Positions 26,237 through 40,066 of a stretch of 64,000 nucleotides of DNA are shown piece after piece (within the stretch, counting starts at the first letter, position 1; each line of letters starts with the position of its first letter). Source of the DNA: Microbotryum violaceum (taxonomy: Eukaryota); assembly GCA_001244265.2 (NCBI GenBank), contig CDLV01000008.1, positions 1,426,001-1,490,000 on the forward strand. The letters are read 5' to 3'. A program made the translations under genes and the position numbers. The notes below the pieces were generated by a model. It saw only the letters and a list, made by a program, of their open reading frames with translations. It was not told where the DNA came from and did no database searches.

Positions 26237-29200
26237 TTACTACCTCTATAAAAAAAAGGTGAGTTAAGGAATGTACCTAAAATCGCTGTTTTTAACTAGG
26301 TTGGGGCCTGGAGGGCCGCCTGTGGTGGATGTAACAGCATTCTGTTGTGTCTGCCGCGCCTGCCTGTGGTGTCGGGGTTCCGATCAGAAGTCATGTACAA
26401 GCCCTGTGGTGACTTTTGTATTTTCCGCGCCGTTTCAACGAAGCTACACCGCTTCTAGTATTTTCCTTCTTTTTTTCGCTGACATAAAACAACGCTTCCA
26501 CTCATATGGTATTTAATGAACCGCAAGCGCGTGGCTTTGCATGATATTGCTTCTACAGCAGAGCTCTGCCTGACGCGCGAGGCGAGGGCTGGCGTTTGTC
26601 ACGTGATGCGGTGCGCCGGCGGTGTCAGTGTCATTCCGGCAGTCGACCAGCGGCATTAGGGGCTGAACAACAAATCAAACCACGTAAATAATCCTGCGCC
26701 ACTCCCTCGAACCTTTCCTTTCTCCCTCTCACTCTCATCCAATTTTAGTGACACTCATTCAAGAACAAACCTTCGCTACTATGCCCCGGTCCCAACGTCG
26801 CCAGGGAGGGCCATCGCAACCTCGCCAAGTCTTGGGCGCGAGGGTAGCGCCGTACCATGGGCTGCCATGGGCCTGCTCGAGCGCCCGCTGCTGGGCGCCC
26901 CGCGGCTCGACCCTCCTCTTCGTCCCGCACCGATCAACAGAATCAGCCCCCGCGCGTCATGACAACAATGCAACCGATCTTGGCATTGCGACACGTATAC
27001 GCGCCCGCCGTGGTCAGCGCGATGGCCAACTCGACGCTGGGCTCGCCCCACCACCACCGCAAAGGCGAGTGCGCCGGGCTCGAATCGCGCTCAAACCCCT
27101 CAAGCCCACGTTTCGATCCGCGACGACCTCGGCCCGCAGACGGCCGTGTGCACCCACTGCAAGGCTCGGCACTGGGAGTGCGAAAGGTCCAAGTCGACCA
27201 GACACTTCAGCGCGTGCTGCTCGCAGGGCAAGGTGCGGCTACCTCCCCCTCCCCAGCCCAATCTCGAGTATCGGCAGCTTCTTCAAGGCTCGGATAGCGG
27301 TCAGTTGCTCCGTCCAACAACGTTCGTCTGCAGTAGACCCACATGCTGAACTGTGCGACGATATTTCCACGGCAATCTTCCCACGCACACAGAAGCTAAA
27401 GCGTTCCGCGAGAACGCCCGATCGTACAACAACGCGTTGTCGTTTACTTCGCTCGCTGCCCACTGGGACCAAACTCAAGTGGGCACCCTGTTTCGCGTGT
27501 TTGGTCGCCTTTACCATCGACTCGGCGCCCTGATCCCTGCCGTGAACCAACGCCCAGCCTTTGCTCAAACATGGCTGATCGACCGGGCCAAGGCCACCAA
27601 CACTCGACTTGGACCGGACGGCGCAGACAGTCGCATACAACGATCTACTTTGACCAAGCTCGAGTCCATTCTGCGCACCGGCAATCGCTTTGTGAGAGAG
27701 TTCGCATCGGCCAAAGCTCGCGCAGGTTGGAATACGGCCAAAGAGTGGATCCTGCGCCTCTGCCTCCGTCCAGGCCGAGACCGACGCACCCACAACCTTC
27801 CTACGTCGAGCATGGAAATGGCGATGCTTATCTGCGATTCCGACACCAACACGGGAGATCGTGGACCGCAAGACCTTATTCTTCAGGTGCACGGTGATCG
27901 ATGTCCCGATGGTCGGCCCAAGTACCAAATCGTTAGCTCGCTCCATCCGTCCGCGATGCCTCTCCGTTACCCACTACTTTTTCCTGCAGGGGAAGATGGC
28001 TTCCAACCCAGCATTCCTCTTTGCGGGGTTCCACCAAGCCAGGCCGCCAATCGCCAGAAACTGAGAGCAGATCGACAATGGTTTTCCAATTGCGCGAGCT
28101 ACTTGCCCCAGATGAAGAAGACGAAGAGGAGGACGATGAAGATGAAGATGACGAGGAGGACGATGAGAATGGTGATGGTGAACGTAAGCTAAGCATCTTC
28201 GGCTCATTCTCACATACCTCTCTGTTGAGACGCACCCTAAGACTGACATGAGGTGTTCGAAAATCTAGGACGAAGATCAAGCAAAAGGGATCGAGGTGGA
28301 TCAACCCGAGTCTCGCGTTCTCAATATCTGGCCTACTACTTGCACGAACGCGACACCTACTTCTCAATCCCACATGCCACCCAGCGTCTCTTCCTTGATT
28401 TTGTAATCGACGGATACTCCCAAGTGGAGACCGATCGACTTAACTATATCCGCTTTCATCAAGAAAACTTGCGCCTCACCACGGCGCAGGGCATCACCGA
28501 ATCCGAGGTGCAAGCGCCATTTTCCTCGCGAACAGAACCCCCACACCCGCATGCACCCTGATGGCTACCCATTGTATCGCCGACGCTTTCGCCACGCCGT
28601 CGTCAAGGGGGTTGTCATCTACAACGATGGTGACTGCGTGCCGTACTCGCCTTATCTCTCCGCTAAGTACAACGCGCATATCAACGTCGAGGCTGTGATG
28701 ACGATCGGCGCGATCAAGTACCTCTTCAAGTATGTGTACAAAGGTCCGGATCGAGCTGTGGCGCGTGTTGAGCGGGCAGCGAACGGTGAAGGGGCTCACG
28801 AGGAGGAACTGGTTCGAGATGAGATCAACGAGTTCGTCGAAGGTCGCTACATCAGTGCTCCAGAGGCGGTCCACCGTCTATTCGGATTCTCGACCGGTAG
28901 AGTGTGGCCACCTGTCAATCGATTACTGGTCCATCTGGAGCATCAACAATCTGTGCAGATCAATCCCGACGAACCGCTACCCCTCGACACTCCGCCCACT
29001 CGCTCCAAATTGACCGGCTTCTTCGACCTGTGCGCTGCGGCTCCTGACGGCGAGCATACTGCCACGTTGCTGTACACGAATGTTCCCCGCTACTACTCCT
29101 GGAATAAGGAGAAGCTGCGCTGGAAGCGCCGAGTTCGTGATCGCAATGTCATCGGACGAATCTACACCGTTTCACTGCGTAGTGGGGAGCGCTTTTACCT

Positions 29201-31543
29201 CAGACTGCTCCTCGAGGTTGTCATGGGTCCCACGTCGTTTGCGGATCTGCTCAAGCTTGAAGACGCCGTGTATCCTTCGTACCGCGCCGCTTGCACCGCT
29301 CGCAGACTTCTCGCCGACGATGGTGAGCATCACATCTGCCTTGGGGAAGCTGCGCAGATTAAGACCGGTGACCAACTACGCCGATTGTTCGTGTTCATGC
29401 TTATCCATGCGACGGTTGCCAACCCGTCAGCTTTGCTGGATCGTCACTTCGCTTCCCTTAGTGACGATGCCCGTTATCACATCGAACGCTATGAAGACGT
29501 GCCCATCAACGATCAAACCATCCGCCTGTGGACGCTCAACAAGATTCGTCTCCTCCTTGCGGCAAACGATCAAACTTTGGCCTTCTTTGATCTTCCCGAG
29601 CTGACCAAGGACGAAGTGCGGCTATTTGATCGTCTCGAGGAACGGCTTCCGCGTTTTGATCGCCAGCAATGTGTGCAAGATTCCGACGCGGTGCGTGCCT
29701 GTCTGAATCACGACCAACGAATTATTTGACGAGTTTCTTCGCGCGGTCGAGCTCGACGTCGTCAATCAGATGCGCGACAACAACCTTGGGCCGCAGCATG
29801 TGTTTTTCCTGCTAGCACCTGGGGGTACTGGCAAGACTTTTGTGGAAAATGCCCTTCTCGATACTGTGCGAGCTCGAGGCGACCAAGCGATTGCGGTGGC
29901 GTCGTCCGGAGTAGCGGCGTTGCTTCTCAAGGAAGGACACACGGCGCATTCAACTTTTCGAATCCCACTCGACACCTTGCCAACCTCGACGTGTCCAGTC
30001 GACAGGGAGAGTGATCTCGCGCTGATGCTGCGTACCACCAAGCTCATCATTTGGGATGAAGCCCCAATGGCGCATCGATTCGCGGTGGAAGCTGTCGACC
30101 GTTTACTGCGTGATCTCCGAGAGACCGAGGAGCACTTCGGCGGGGTGACAACAATCTTTGCGGGTCAGTTGGGCTCTTCCGCCTCCGCTCTGAACAGCGG
30201 CATGCTAACGAGGTTTCCAATTTGTAGGGGACTTTCGCCAGTGCCTTCCTGTTGTTCCCACAGGAACTCCCGGTCAAATCGTCGATGCATCCCTCATCAA
30301 GGCAGACTTCTGGCGCGATGTTCGTGTCTTGCGACTTACCGAGAACATGCGTCTCAGCTCGAACGCTGATGCGATGGACGAGGCTCAGTTGGCTCGAACG
30401 CGCGACTTTGCGGAATGGCTACTCACCGTGGGAGATGGAACTGCCAACATGCACCCATACGACAAGATTGCAGTACGTTTGGCTCCCCTCTTTTACCCAA
30501 CCAACCGACACTAAGACCCCTTCTATCCGTTTCGCAGCTGCCTGATTACCTGCTGCTTCCGGAAGGTCAAAGAACGGCCGAAGGGTTGATCAACTTTGTC
30601 TACCCCGGTTTAAGGGCCGTGAACAAGGAGTCCCTCGAAGACCTGATTCAGCTGTTCTCACGCCAGGCAATCCTAGCTCCGCACAACGCAACGGTCGATT
30701 GCATCAATGCCAAGCTGCTGGAAGAGTTCAATGGCGACTACATCGAGTATCGCAGCGCAGACGAGGTCGTTGAGGCAGGCAAAACTGGGGGTGGAATGGC
30801 GCCTGAACTGATTTCGCCAGAGTATCTACATTCAATCAACCCATCCAACTTCCCCGCTCATCACTTGCGTCTCAAGGAAGGGATCCCGGTCGTTCTTCTT
30901 CGCAATTTGGACCCAGATGCGGGCCTCTGCAACGGTACCCGCCTGATCGTGTAGCACGCAAGATCGCAAGTCATTCAAGCCATCATCTTGACCGGAGATC
31001 GAGCGGGCACCACGGTCTTCATCCCTCGCGTGCGACTTGAGACAAATGCGACTAGCAGTCGCCAACTTGGTTTCACTATGCGCCGGCTCCAGTTCCCGCT
31101 TCGAGTTGCCTTGGCCATGACGATCAACAAAGCCCAAGGTCAATCACTCGATCGTGTTGGTGTCGATCTCTCCCTACATCACGTCTTCACTCATGGGCAG
31201 CTGTATGTGGCATTGTCTCGAGCCATGTGTTGATCGAATCAAGGTGCTACTGCCTTCTCGAGACCCCGCCGATGATGACGACGACCTACAAGCCGTTGAT
31301 CGAGCGGCAGCCGCAGCCACTGCGACCCCAAACCCAGTATTCCGCGCTGTTCTCAGGGCAATGAATGGAGAGTAGTTTTGATGCTGTCCTTTGTATTGTG
31401 TGTTTTACCTTCCCTAAGATAAACCGTTTAATAATCCTGCTATTTGAATCTCACTGTAACATCTGCTTAGTTCATGTACAGTATACCGTTCGATTCTGCT
31501 ATTTAATTTTCATCCTCCCGTTAATTTAACGGGTTCCCACTGG
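26237..31543 (+). mobile_element. Helitron copy 1, degenerate Rep/PIF1-helicase element
   Basis: FRENARSYNNALSFTS, HINVE...[93 protein letters not shown]...[12 protein letters not shown]. Contains stops, frameshifts and a deleted central Rep region. 3' hairpin CCCGTTAATTTAACGGG (31517-31533) followed by CTGG|T. Confidence 0.93.
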
Positions 31544-32091
31544 TAGCTCATTATCTCAATTAAGACGTTCCTCCCGCCTCGCACAAGTCAGCTATGGAAC
31601 CCGATCCATCGTGAAGAGAAAAGATGACGTGATACTTTGGGCTAGATCGTGCGCTTTCCAACCGTTCGTCGCAACAGCTTGGGACACGAGACCTCTCGAG
31701 ACTCTGTCGCTTGATAATGCCTCATGGTGATGTGAGCGCGCAAAGCCTTCGTCGAGCACCTTGCCCTCTCGTGACGTGAACACCTACATCGTCAAGATCG
31801 CCACCGCCATCGCCCACCCGAGTCCCCGACGTCGAAGACTGTCGCTCAACGTTCCTCGCGTCACCGACCTTGGATCCTGTACTGAGTGGTCTTGAAGTGC
31901 ACTTGGCGGTCGGGTAGCTGGCCGGGTTGTCTCGGCGCGCCCGACTCGACTGTGGGTCACTCAACGCCTCGCTCCCGGTCCGTACTGTGAGCGCCTTAAA
32001 CCTGACCGTGTTCGCCTTCTGATGATGTCCCAACTTGGTAACCGCAGTCAGTTAATAAAGAATCAGAGCGTACACTTTGCCTCTCACCAGA

Positions 32092-33788
32092 ATGCGCCGC
32101 TTTCCCCCCCCTCCAGGCGGCCACCCGTCGACGCCGGCGCGGCAGCCGTTGAGCGCGACGACGAATGAACGTCGCAGCACCGAGGCCCCGATGGAGTACG
32201 AATGGCAGCAACCCCGGGCGATCCCCCCCAATTCGCCCTTTAGGAACCCTCTCGGTGGGAACGACGACGGCGAACGAGCCAAGAAACGTGTGTGCCTTTC
32301 CCGAGCTCTTGTCGTGGCCTCGGGCTCTCGCCCCCTGAATGTCAGGGCTTGTTCTACTCCATTCGAGATTGCTCAGATCTGATGTTCAGGGTCCCTGCAA
32401 ATCTTCGTGCACAGGAATACACTATGAAGCTATGGATATCGATACACCACCCCGACCCCTGCAGGCCAGTTTCCCACCCGAAGCGACCGCGTCGGCGAAC
32501 CCATTCGGCTTTGGCCACAACGAACCACCTCGACCCCTGCCCGAAGCTCCGGGCGTCGAGTTTGACGCGCAGACCTTCGACGCCAAGCGAGCACTGGGGC
32601 TGGATGCCGCGGATGATGCGAGTGGTGTGGCCGACATGTCGATCGAGGAGTCGGCCGCCACGACGAGCAAGGAACTGAGCTTGCTCCGTGCTTCAGCTTC
32701 GAGCTCGAGCTCGATCTCGACCAGCGATGGCACCTCGGCGAGACGGAGAAAAGGCCGCACAGCCAACTCACGAACTTCGGCACGGAAAGCTTCGGGACCT
32801 CGAATCGAGATTGACGAAGGAGCAGACGAGCGGGAGGCCGACGAAGACTACCGGACGGCATCAAGATGGAAGGCTCCGACGAAGTCCAACTTTAGCTTCC
32901 AGGTCCACCACCACCATTCGCAGAACCTGACAAACCCTCAGTTTGACCACCCCGGGATCGTGCCGAAGACGGCAGGGAAATGGCTCGATTCCAACACCCC
33001 CTACGTACTCTTGGGGTGAGTTTTCGGTGGGCTCGGGTGATCGAGTGTTTGGTGATATTCCAGGGCTAACCGAGTGGTCCCTTCGAGCGGCACTTTTAGC
33101 TACCTGCAGTTTTTGTCGCTCGCCCTTCTCGCCGTCCTCTTTCTATCACTTTCCGTAATCTTCCTCTACACGCTCTACGTCGACATTCAGTCGCACCTCC
33201 GATCGTTGACGTCCGAGCTGCGCGCCGAGATCCTTGCTTGCGCCAAGATGTACGTCGATAATCGCTGCGAGCCCGCGACGCGGCTGCCGGCTCTGGAAAG
33301 GAAGTGCGCGGGATGGGAAGAGTGCATGGGCAGAGAGATCGTCGTCGTGGGCAAGACACGTGTCGTTGCCGAGACTCTGGCCGAGGTCGTCAATGGCTTT
33401 GTCGATGTTATCAGTTTCAAGACCATGGTGAGCGCGCTCGAGCCGTGCGCGATTGCTAATACGTAGCTATATCCTCGCTCGATTGCTGACTCAATAGTCC
33501 CGGCTATGACTACAGTCTTTTGTCATTCTGACGCTTGGGCTCTGCATCTACGGATCCTCGGTGGCGCTGTCCCTACTTCCCTCCCGTACCGCACCGACGA
33601 ATCCATCCTCCGCCCCGAGCCACGCGCCCTCCTACCCTCCGCTCGGATACTACCCCTCGCACCCGCCAGGGTACGGGTACTTGCCGACTCCAGGAACTCC
33701 CTCCGCACCATGGATGCAAATGGGTCTGGGCACAGGGGAAGACAAAGGCGGTATAGGGGCCAAGGGAGGACTGGAAGCCCCGCGGTGA
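32092..33788 (+). CDS. Nuclear envelope protein Brr6/Brl1 family, multi-exon
   Basis: TPYVLLG/YLQF transmembrane segment, then C...YVDNRCEPATRLPALERKC..WEECM...AETLAEVVNGFVDVISFKT (four-cysteine Brr6-like domain); start approximate. Confidence 0.85.
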
Positions 33789-34039
33789 GGGAAGAGGCGC
33801 AGACGACAAGTTTTTTCTCAAATGCAATTCGTCTTTTCTGCTTTGTGTTCGACTGCAATCGCGAGGCTCGTTGTCGCCGCCCCACTGGACTCGATAGAGC
33901 AGAAAGCTTTCGGTCGAGGGCATGTCGAGTCGGATTAAGACGATTCGATCATTGGCACCAAGTGCTTTGCGCTCTACAATGAGGAGAGGAAAGTTGGAAC
34001 GGGAAGACAAAGACACGCAAAAAAAGACTGTTACCCCTT

Positions 34040-35968
34040 TCATGCCAAAAGCATGCGACGCGGGTCCTCGATATACTCTTTGATGCGAACCAAGAATGTG
34101 ACGGCTTCCCGGCCGTCGAGCAGTCGGTGGTCGTACGTCAGCGCAACGATCATGATGGGTCGGATGACGATCTGGCTATCGACGACGACGGCGCGATCCT
34201 TGATTGCGTGCATGCCTAAGACCGCGGCCTGCGGCAAGTTGATGATGGGTGTACCGTACATAGAGCCAAAGACACCGCCGTTGGAGATGGTGAACGATCC
34301 GCCGGCCATATCCTCGAGGGTGAGCTTGTTGTCACGGGCCTACCGATGTCACCCAACGGAAGAAGAATGAGGGATCAGCCTGTCAATGCCGGTCGCTTCT
34401 CTCAACAAGCCGATGCCAGCTCACCTTCTTGCCCAAGTCGGCGATGCCCTGCTCAATACCGAGGAAGTCGAGGCTCTCGGCGTTCCTCAACACCGGCGTG
34501 ACGAGACCCTTAGGGGTCGCAACGGCGACACTCAAATCGACGTAGTCGCGGTAAATGATTTGATCGTCTTCGATCGAGGCGTTGGCGGCAGGAATCTCCT
34601 TGAGGGCCAGGCACGCAGCTTTGGCAAAGGCGGACATGAAGCCCAGCTTGACGCCCGTATGTTTTAGCACGCTATCCTTGTAGGCCGACCGCATCGCCAT
34701 GAGCGACGACATGTCAATTTCGTTGAACGTCGTCAACGACGCAGCCGCGTTCTGGGACTGCTTCAATCGCTCGGCGATGCGGAGGCGCATGCGCGACATC
34801 TTGACCTACGGTACCCGTGCGAAATGAAGCTCAGCATCGTCAGTTACTTCCAGGCCGAACCGGAATTTTGGAGAAGGTGTCTGCGTTCGTTGAAAACGTA
34901 CCCTCGTCTCCTCGCGCGAGCCAGGCGCCGACGCTTTTCTCGGCTCCGGCGCGGCCTTCTCCTTCTTGGGCTCGGGCTTTTTATCCGACTCTTGCTTAGG
35001 CGACGACTTGGTCGGTTTCGGGGGTGGTGCGGGAGTCTCTTTCTTTTCGGTCTGCTTGGCCTCTTGTGTCGGCTCGGGCTTCTTCTCCTCCTTGGGGGCC
35101 TCCTTCTTCTCCTTGGGCGGCGCCTCCTCGGCCTTGGCACCTGCCGGCCAAGACACGCCAACGTCGGTTATTACAGTTCATGTTCATTTTGGTGATCAAC
35201 GAGCTTGGATCGCTCCTTGAAAGGACGTACCTCCTTCCGGTGCTTCGCCAGCCTCGAGCTTGAACAGATCCTGGCCGACGGTGACCGTGTCCTCCTCCTG
35301 AGCCAACCTTTCGCGGATGTAGCCCGATTTGGGAGCATTCACGGCGACATCGATCTATGGGGTAGACCAGCACACGCATCAGTACTCCCAGGCACGTGTC
35401 GGTAGAGCGTCGAGAGACAAGTTCCGGGTCAGCGGCGCACCTTGTCGGTCTCGATCGTGGCGACCTCCTCATCGACCTGGACGTAGTCGCCTTCTTTCTT
35501 GAGCCACTGCTTGAGCGTACCCTCGGTGATGGACTCGGCCATGGACGGTACCTTGACCGTCTCGGCATCTGTCGAAGGGCAATTGAATGGCGCGGGCCGA
35601 AGGCGAGCGGGAGTGGAAGCTTCAGTCACGAGTACGGAGAGACCTTGGCTCCAGGCCGATGGGCACTCCTGGCCCCAAGAAAGCGCAAGGGCGGGATGGG
35701 GGGACTGACCGAACTGCAACGACGTCGCATGGAAGGACCGGAAGCACGATCTGCAAAGTTGAACCAGGGGTGTGTGAGTGACGCGCTTCCCCGCGTAGGC
35801 AAGCGCTGCGGCTACTCACACCGAGTGTCGAAGCGAGCTCGATGCTACGGCGGAGCGGGGCACAGCGCACGCCAATGCAGCCGGTGCAACACGAGCAACA
35901 CCGCGGGGCAGCGAGGTGCGGATCGTTCGGGACGCAAGGGAGCTCAAGGCTCGGCGGGTAGGAATCAT
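34040..35968 (-). CDS. KGD2: 2-oxoglutarate dehydrogenase E2 (dihydrolipoamide succinyltransferase), multi-exon
   Basis: Mitochondrial presequence, lipoyl domain [13 protein letters not shown]...IETDK, catalytic domain [17 protein letters not shown]...ISNGGVFGS...[15 protein letters not shown]. Confidence 0.96.
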
Positions 35969-36255
35969 GGCGGCGCGGTCGGGTGGAAGGCGATTGAAGC
36001 GATGAGAGCAAGGCAGGAGCGGGCTGGGCGACTTTCCGTCCACCCGACGACACCCGCTGTGCAGCCTTGTGCAGCGCTATACCGAAATGCTCGCTCGCGC
36101 CTGTTGTCGGCGGTCGCTCGAATTTCCAATCCGTGGTTGGTGCATGCGCATCTCGATACGTGCACTCAAAAATCTACAAAACACAGGGGACCACTAGGGA
36201 AACGAAAAAAAGGGTTCACGAGGGAGGCTCAATGTAGGAGTTGGATCTGGCTAGG

Positions 36256-37170
36256 CTAAATAAGGACAAGTCGCCTGCCCCTTAGCACCGCGAGGCAACT
36301 CGAGGCCAACAATTGCAATCCGAGAAGGTCGGCATCGTCCGGAAGAAATCGCGAGTCCACACTGTTGAAGGTGTTAGTAGACCTTGCACTAATATCAGGG
36401 GCCGGATAGCTTAGTTGGTCAAAGCTTTTCCAATGAATGGAAGCGATCCAGGTTCGACTCCTGGTCCAGCCGTTTTTTCTTCTTTTGTTGATCATCTCGG
36501 GATCATCGCTGATTCCAACACACACTACCATTGCAAAATTTCGGAAAAACTGTCTTAACAAGCTGCCTCCTGTGAGTTTTGGGCGAACAGATATTATCAT
36601 GAGCATATTTAAGTTCTGCTCGGAGTCGGAACCACCACTTGATCTACTTGAGACTCTGGTGCGCAGCGGCCAGCGGGGCGCCGCGCGGTGCGGGCCTACA
36701 GATTGCATCAATTGTCTTGCCGGGACATAGCGGCCTGTTCGATGTTACATACCCAACAAATTATGCGGGTCTTCTGTCGGTTGACCTTGATGATGGCCTC
36801 CAGGAAGAATAAAAATGAAACGTACAGGTTCATGACTGTGCGACTCTTGAAGTTCGTACCGACGGTTGCGCCGCGCCGCGCGCGAATATCACGTAGGCCC
36901 ACTGCCGCTATGTCACCCGTATTTATCCTTTCCCGTAGAGATGTGAAGATGGAACAAAGGCAAAACGTTTTTGCGTCGGAGTAAAAAACACGAGGATTGA
37001 AAGTCGTAGGAAGCAGGTTCAGCACCCGGGTTTACAGTGCTCGCGCAACCTTGCCCTTGTGAAAAGCTCACGAGCGAAGTCCGAAAGCAGTCCCACCACA
37101 AGCGCGGCCAACTACGAGTACGCCTGACCCCTAGTCTCAACGTGAAGCACCGTCTCAGGCATACTTACCT
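36256..37170 (-). pseudogene. Highly degenerate retroelement remnant (possible retropepsin/aspartic protease)
   Basis: Combining two frames around 37005-37050 gives RAL/VNPGAE/LNLLP, resembling the ALIDSGA..NL.P retropepsin motif; AT-richer, stop-ridden ORFs. Confidence 0.3.
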
Positions 37171-37720
37171 TGAGCTCGGCGATCCCTCTCATGAATAGAG
37201 ATTGTCTTTAGTATGGTCTTCGCATTGCACAGCGACACATTTGTTTCACGATGACCGTGCTTCAGGCTTCGGCCATTGGCTGAAGCCCGCTCTCAATGTC
37301 TTGGATTGGCCCGCGTTGTTGCTCGTCAGCATCCGGGCCTTGTATTTTTTGATGTTAACAGGATTCTGAATGATTTTGATCGCCTTTGGAAAAAAGAAAC
37401 CGCCTTGTTACGGCTCCTGTGCTAACACATTACCAGGGCCCGTGGACACTGAAAAGGGCTGCAACCCTGGCGTTGGGCTCGTTGCGCAGACTCAATACCT
37501 GCCTCGACTTCATTTGCAAATTTGATGATTGAATAGTTTGCAGCAGGGTGTTGACCCGGAAAATGAATGCGGGTTAACCGCGAAAAGCGCATGGAACACG
37601 CACATGGGAGGGACAGATAGCTCATACTGCAGTCACTGATTCTCCTGCAAACGCATTATCATATGCAGGCTGCCTTTGGCGCCGTCTGGCTCTGCTGCGC
37701 ACGACGCCGAGCAAAGCTCA

Positions 37721-37745
37721 TTACCCTGACTAGTTACCTAATTAG
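37721..37745 (+). repeat. Two degenerate copies of the TTACCCTAACTAG 13-mer immediately before Helitron copy 2
   Basis: TTACCCTGACTAG TTACCTAATTAG directly abuts the TTACTACCTCT start shared with Helitron copy 1. Confidence 0.7.
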
Positions 37746-39985
37746 TTACTACCTCTGTATTAAAAAAAAGGTCGATCCGCGACCCATGTACCTAAAATCG
37801 CTATTTTTGACTATGTTGCGGCCCCTATAGTGAATGTACCAGTACAGTATTGGGTCTGCCGCACCTGCCTGTGATATTGGCGTCCCGACCAGAAGTCATG
37901 TAGCACCCTTTTCGCATTTTCTGCACCATAAAAGTCGAGCTACAGCCCGAGGAATTTTTTGTTGAGTTTTGGCGGGGTGCCCAACTATTGAGCAGTTTGT
38001 GTGGAATTTAATGTATAGCAAGCGCGTGTGTTTGCATGACACTTCTTCTACAGAGCTCCGGGGTGGTCTCGCCGTCATTGACGTGCGGGCGCAGGCGCGG
38101 CTCGATCACGTGACGTATTTTTTCCTTTCCGACACCGGTTTTAGGGACTCAACAACAACATGAGGTTCCAGGCGCTGTGAATACTCCCGCGCTGCTCTCT
38201 CTAATTTTCACCTTTTCGCTACCACTCTCATCGAATTCTCGTAACAACAGCGCCGAGTCTTTGGCGCGAGGGTAGCGCCGTACGATAGCGTACCGCGGGA
38301 ACATGGGGAGACCATGAGCCCGCTGGGCGCGCTGGGCCCCACGCTCCTCTTCTCTCCTCTTGGTCCGGGTCCGATGAACAGGATCAGCTCCCCGCGCGTA
38401 ATGACAACAATTAACCAACCTTGGTATTGCGAGTATAAGCGTCCGCCATACAGCTTTGTAGAACGGACAGCGTGGTCAGCGCGATGGCCCGATGGCCGAA
38501 CTGACGCTGAGCTCGCCCCACCACCACCTCTTCCTGCGCAGAGCAAGTGCACAGGCCTCGAACCCCGCTCAAACCACTCAAGCCCCACGTTCCCATCCGC
38601 GACTACCTCGGCCCCAGATGGCCGTGTGTGCCTACTGCATGGCTCGACACTGGGAGTGCAAAGGACGAACCGGACACCTGAGCACGTGCTGCTCGCAGGG
38701 TAAGGTGCAGCATGCCGCTGCCTCCCCCTCCCCAGCCCAATCTCGAGTATCGGCAGCTTCTTGAAGGCTCGGATGCCGGTCAGTTGCTCCGTCCGACAAC
38801 GTTCGTCTGCACTGTACTCACATGCTGAACTGTGCGACGATATTTCCACGGCAATCTTCCCACCCACACAGAAGCTAAAGCGTTCCGCGAGAACGCCCGA
38901 TCGTACAACAACGCGTTGTCGTTTACTTCGCTCGCTGCCCACTGGGACCAATCTCAAGTGGGCACTCTAGGACCCCCCGTGTTTCGCGTGTTTGGTCGCC
39001 TTTACCATCGACTCGGCGCCCTGATCCCTGCCGTGAACCAACGCCCAGCCTTTGCTCAAACATGGCTCATCGACCCGGCCGAGGCCACCGACACTCGACT
39101 TGGACCCGACGGCGCAGACAGTCGCATGCAACGATCTATTTTGACCAAGCTCGAGTCCATTCTGCGCACCGGCAATTGCTTTGTGAGGGAGTTCGCATCG
39201 GCCAAAGCTCGCGCAGGTTGGGAGGATCCTGCGCCTCTGCCTCCCGCCAGGCCGGGACCGACGCACCCACAACCTTCCTACGTCGAGCACGGAAATGGCG
39301 ATGCGGCGATGCTCATATGCGATTCCGACACCAACACGGGAGATCGTGGACGTCAAGACCTTATTCTCCAGGTGCACGGTGATCGATGTCCCGAGGGTCG
39401 GCCCAAGCACGAAATCGTTAGCTCGCTCCATCCGTCCGCGATGCCTCTCCGTTACCCACTACTTTTTCCTGCAGGGGAAGATGGCTTCCACCCCAACATT
39501 CCTCTTTGCGGGTTCTACCAAGCCGGGCCGCCCATCGCCAGAAACCGAGAGCAGATCGACAATGGTGTCCAATTGCGCGAGCTACTTGCCGGTCTCGGTC
39601 TGGATGACGAAGACGAAGAGGAGGACGAAGACCGCGACGATGATAATGAAGACGGCGAGGAAGGGGACGAAGAGAATGGTGATGATGAACGTAAGCGTCT
39701 TCCGCTCTTTCTCATATGTTCCTTTCTGTTGGGCCGGAAATCAAGGCTGCACTGGGGCCGAACGACAAAGCATACAACCGTCCGGATCTCATTGCACGAG
39801 TGCTCAAAGCCAAGTCCGGCAACAAGCAACGGCCAGGCTGTTTCGGTGATGAATGGATTTTGTTTCTTTGCTGTACTTCGTATTGTATTTTCTTAATTTC
39901 TGCGCTGAAATCATGTAGACTGTTCGATTATCCTGCTATTCTGTTTTTTTTTCATCCTCCCGTTAATTTAACGGGTTCCCACAGG
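37746..39985 (+). mobile_element. Helitron copy 2, internally deleted non-autonomous derivative
   Basis: 5' end and N-terminal Rep region closely similar to 26237-28190; PEIKAALGPNDKAYNRPDLIARVL Rep fragment; same 3' hairpin, with terminus CAGG instead of CTGG. Confidence 0.9.
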
Positions 39986-39988
39986 TTA

Positions 39989-40066
39989 TTACCCTAACTA
40001 GTTACCCTAACTAGTTACCCTAACTAGTTACCCTAACTAGTTACCCTAACTAGTTACCCTAACTAG
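39989..40066 (+). repeat. Perfect tandem repeat (TTACCCTAACTAG)x6, telomere-like
   Basis: Six exact 13-bp units containing CCCTAA and ending in CTAG, located between the Helitron copy 2 3' end and the copy 3 5' end. Confidence 0.95.

Noticed and set aside
31545-31553. AGCTCATTA shared after Helitron 1 and before the 37721 repeat, as a possible TSD or target motif
   Set aside because: Only 9 bp, Helitrons do not make TSDs, and the intervening region holds ordinary host genes. It cannot be distinguished from chance.
31592-32033. Short minus-strand ORFs between the Helitron and Brr6/Brl1
   Set aside because: No recognisable motif or convincing splice structure.
39989-40066. CRISPR-like array or true chromosome end
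   Set aside because: The units are contiguous with no spacers, the DNA is eukaryotic, and the array is internal with TE sequence on both sides.
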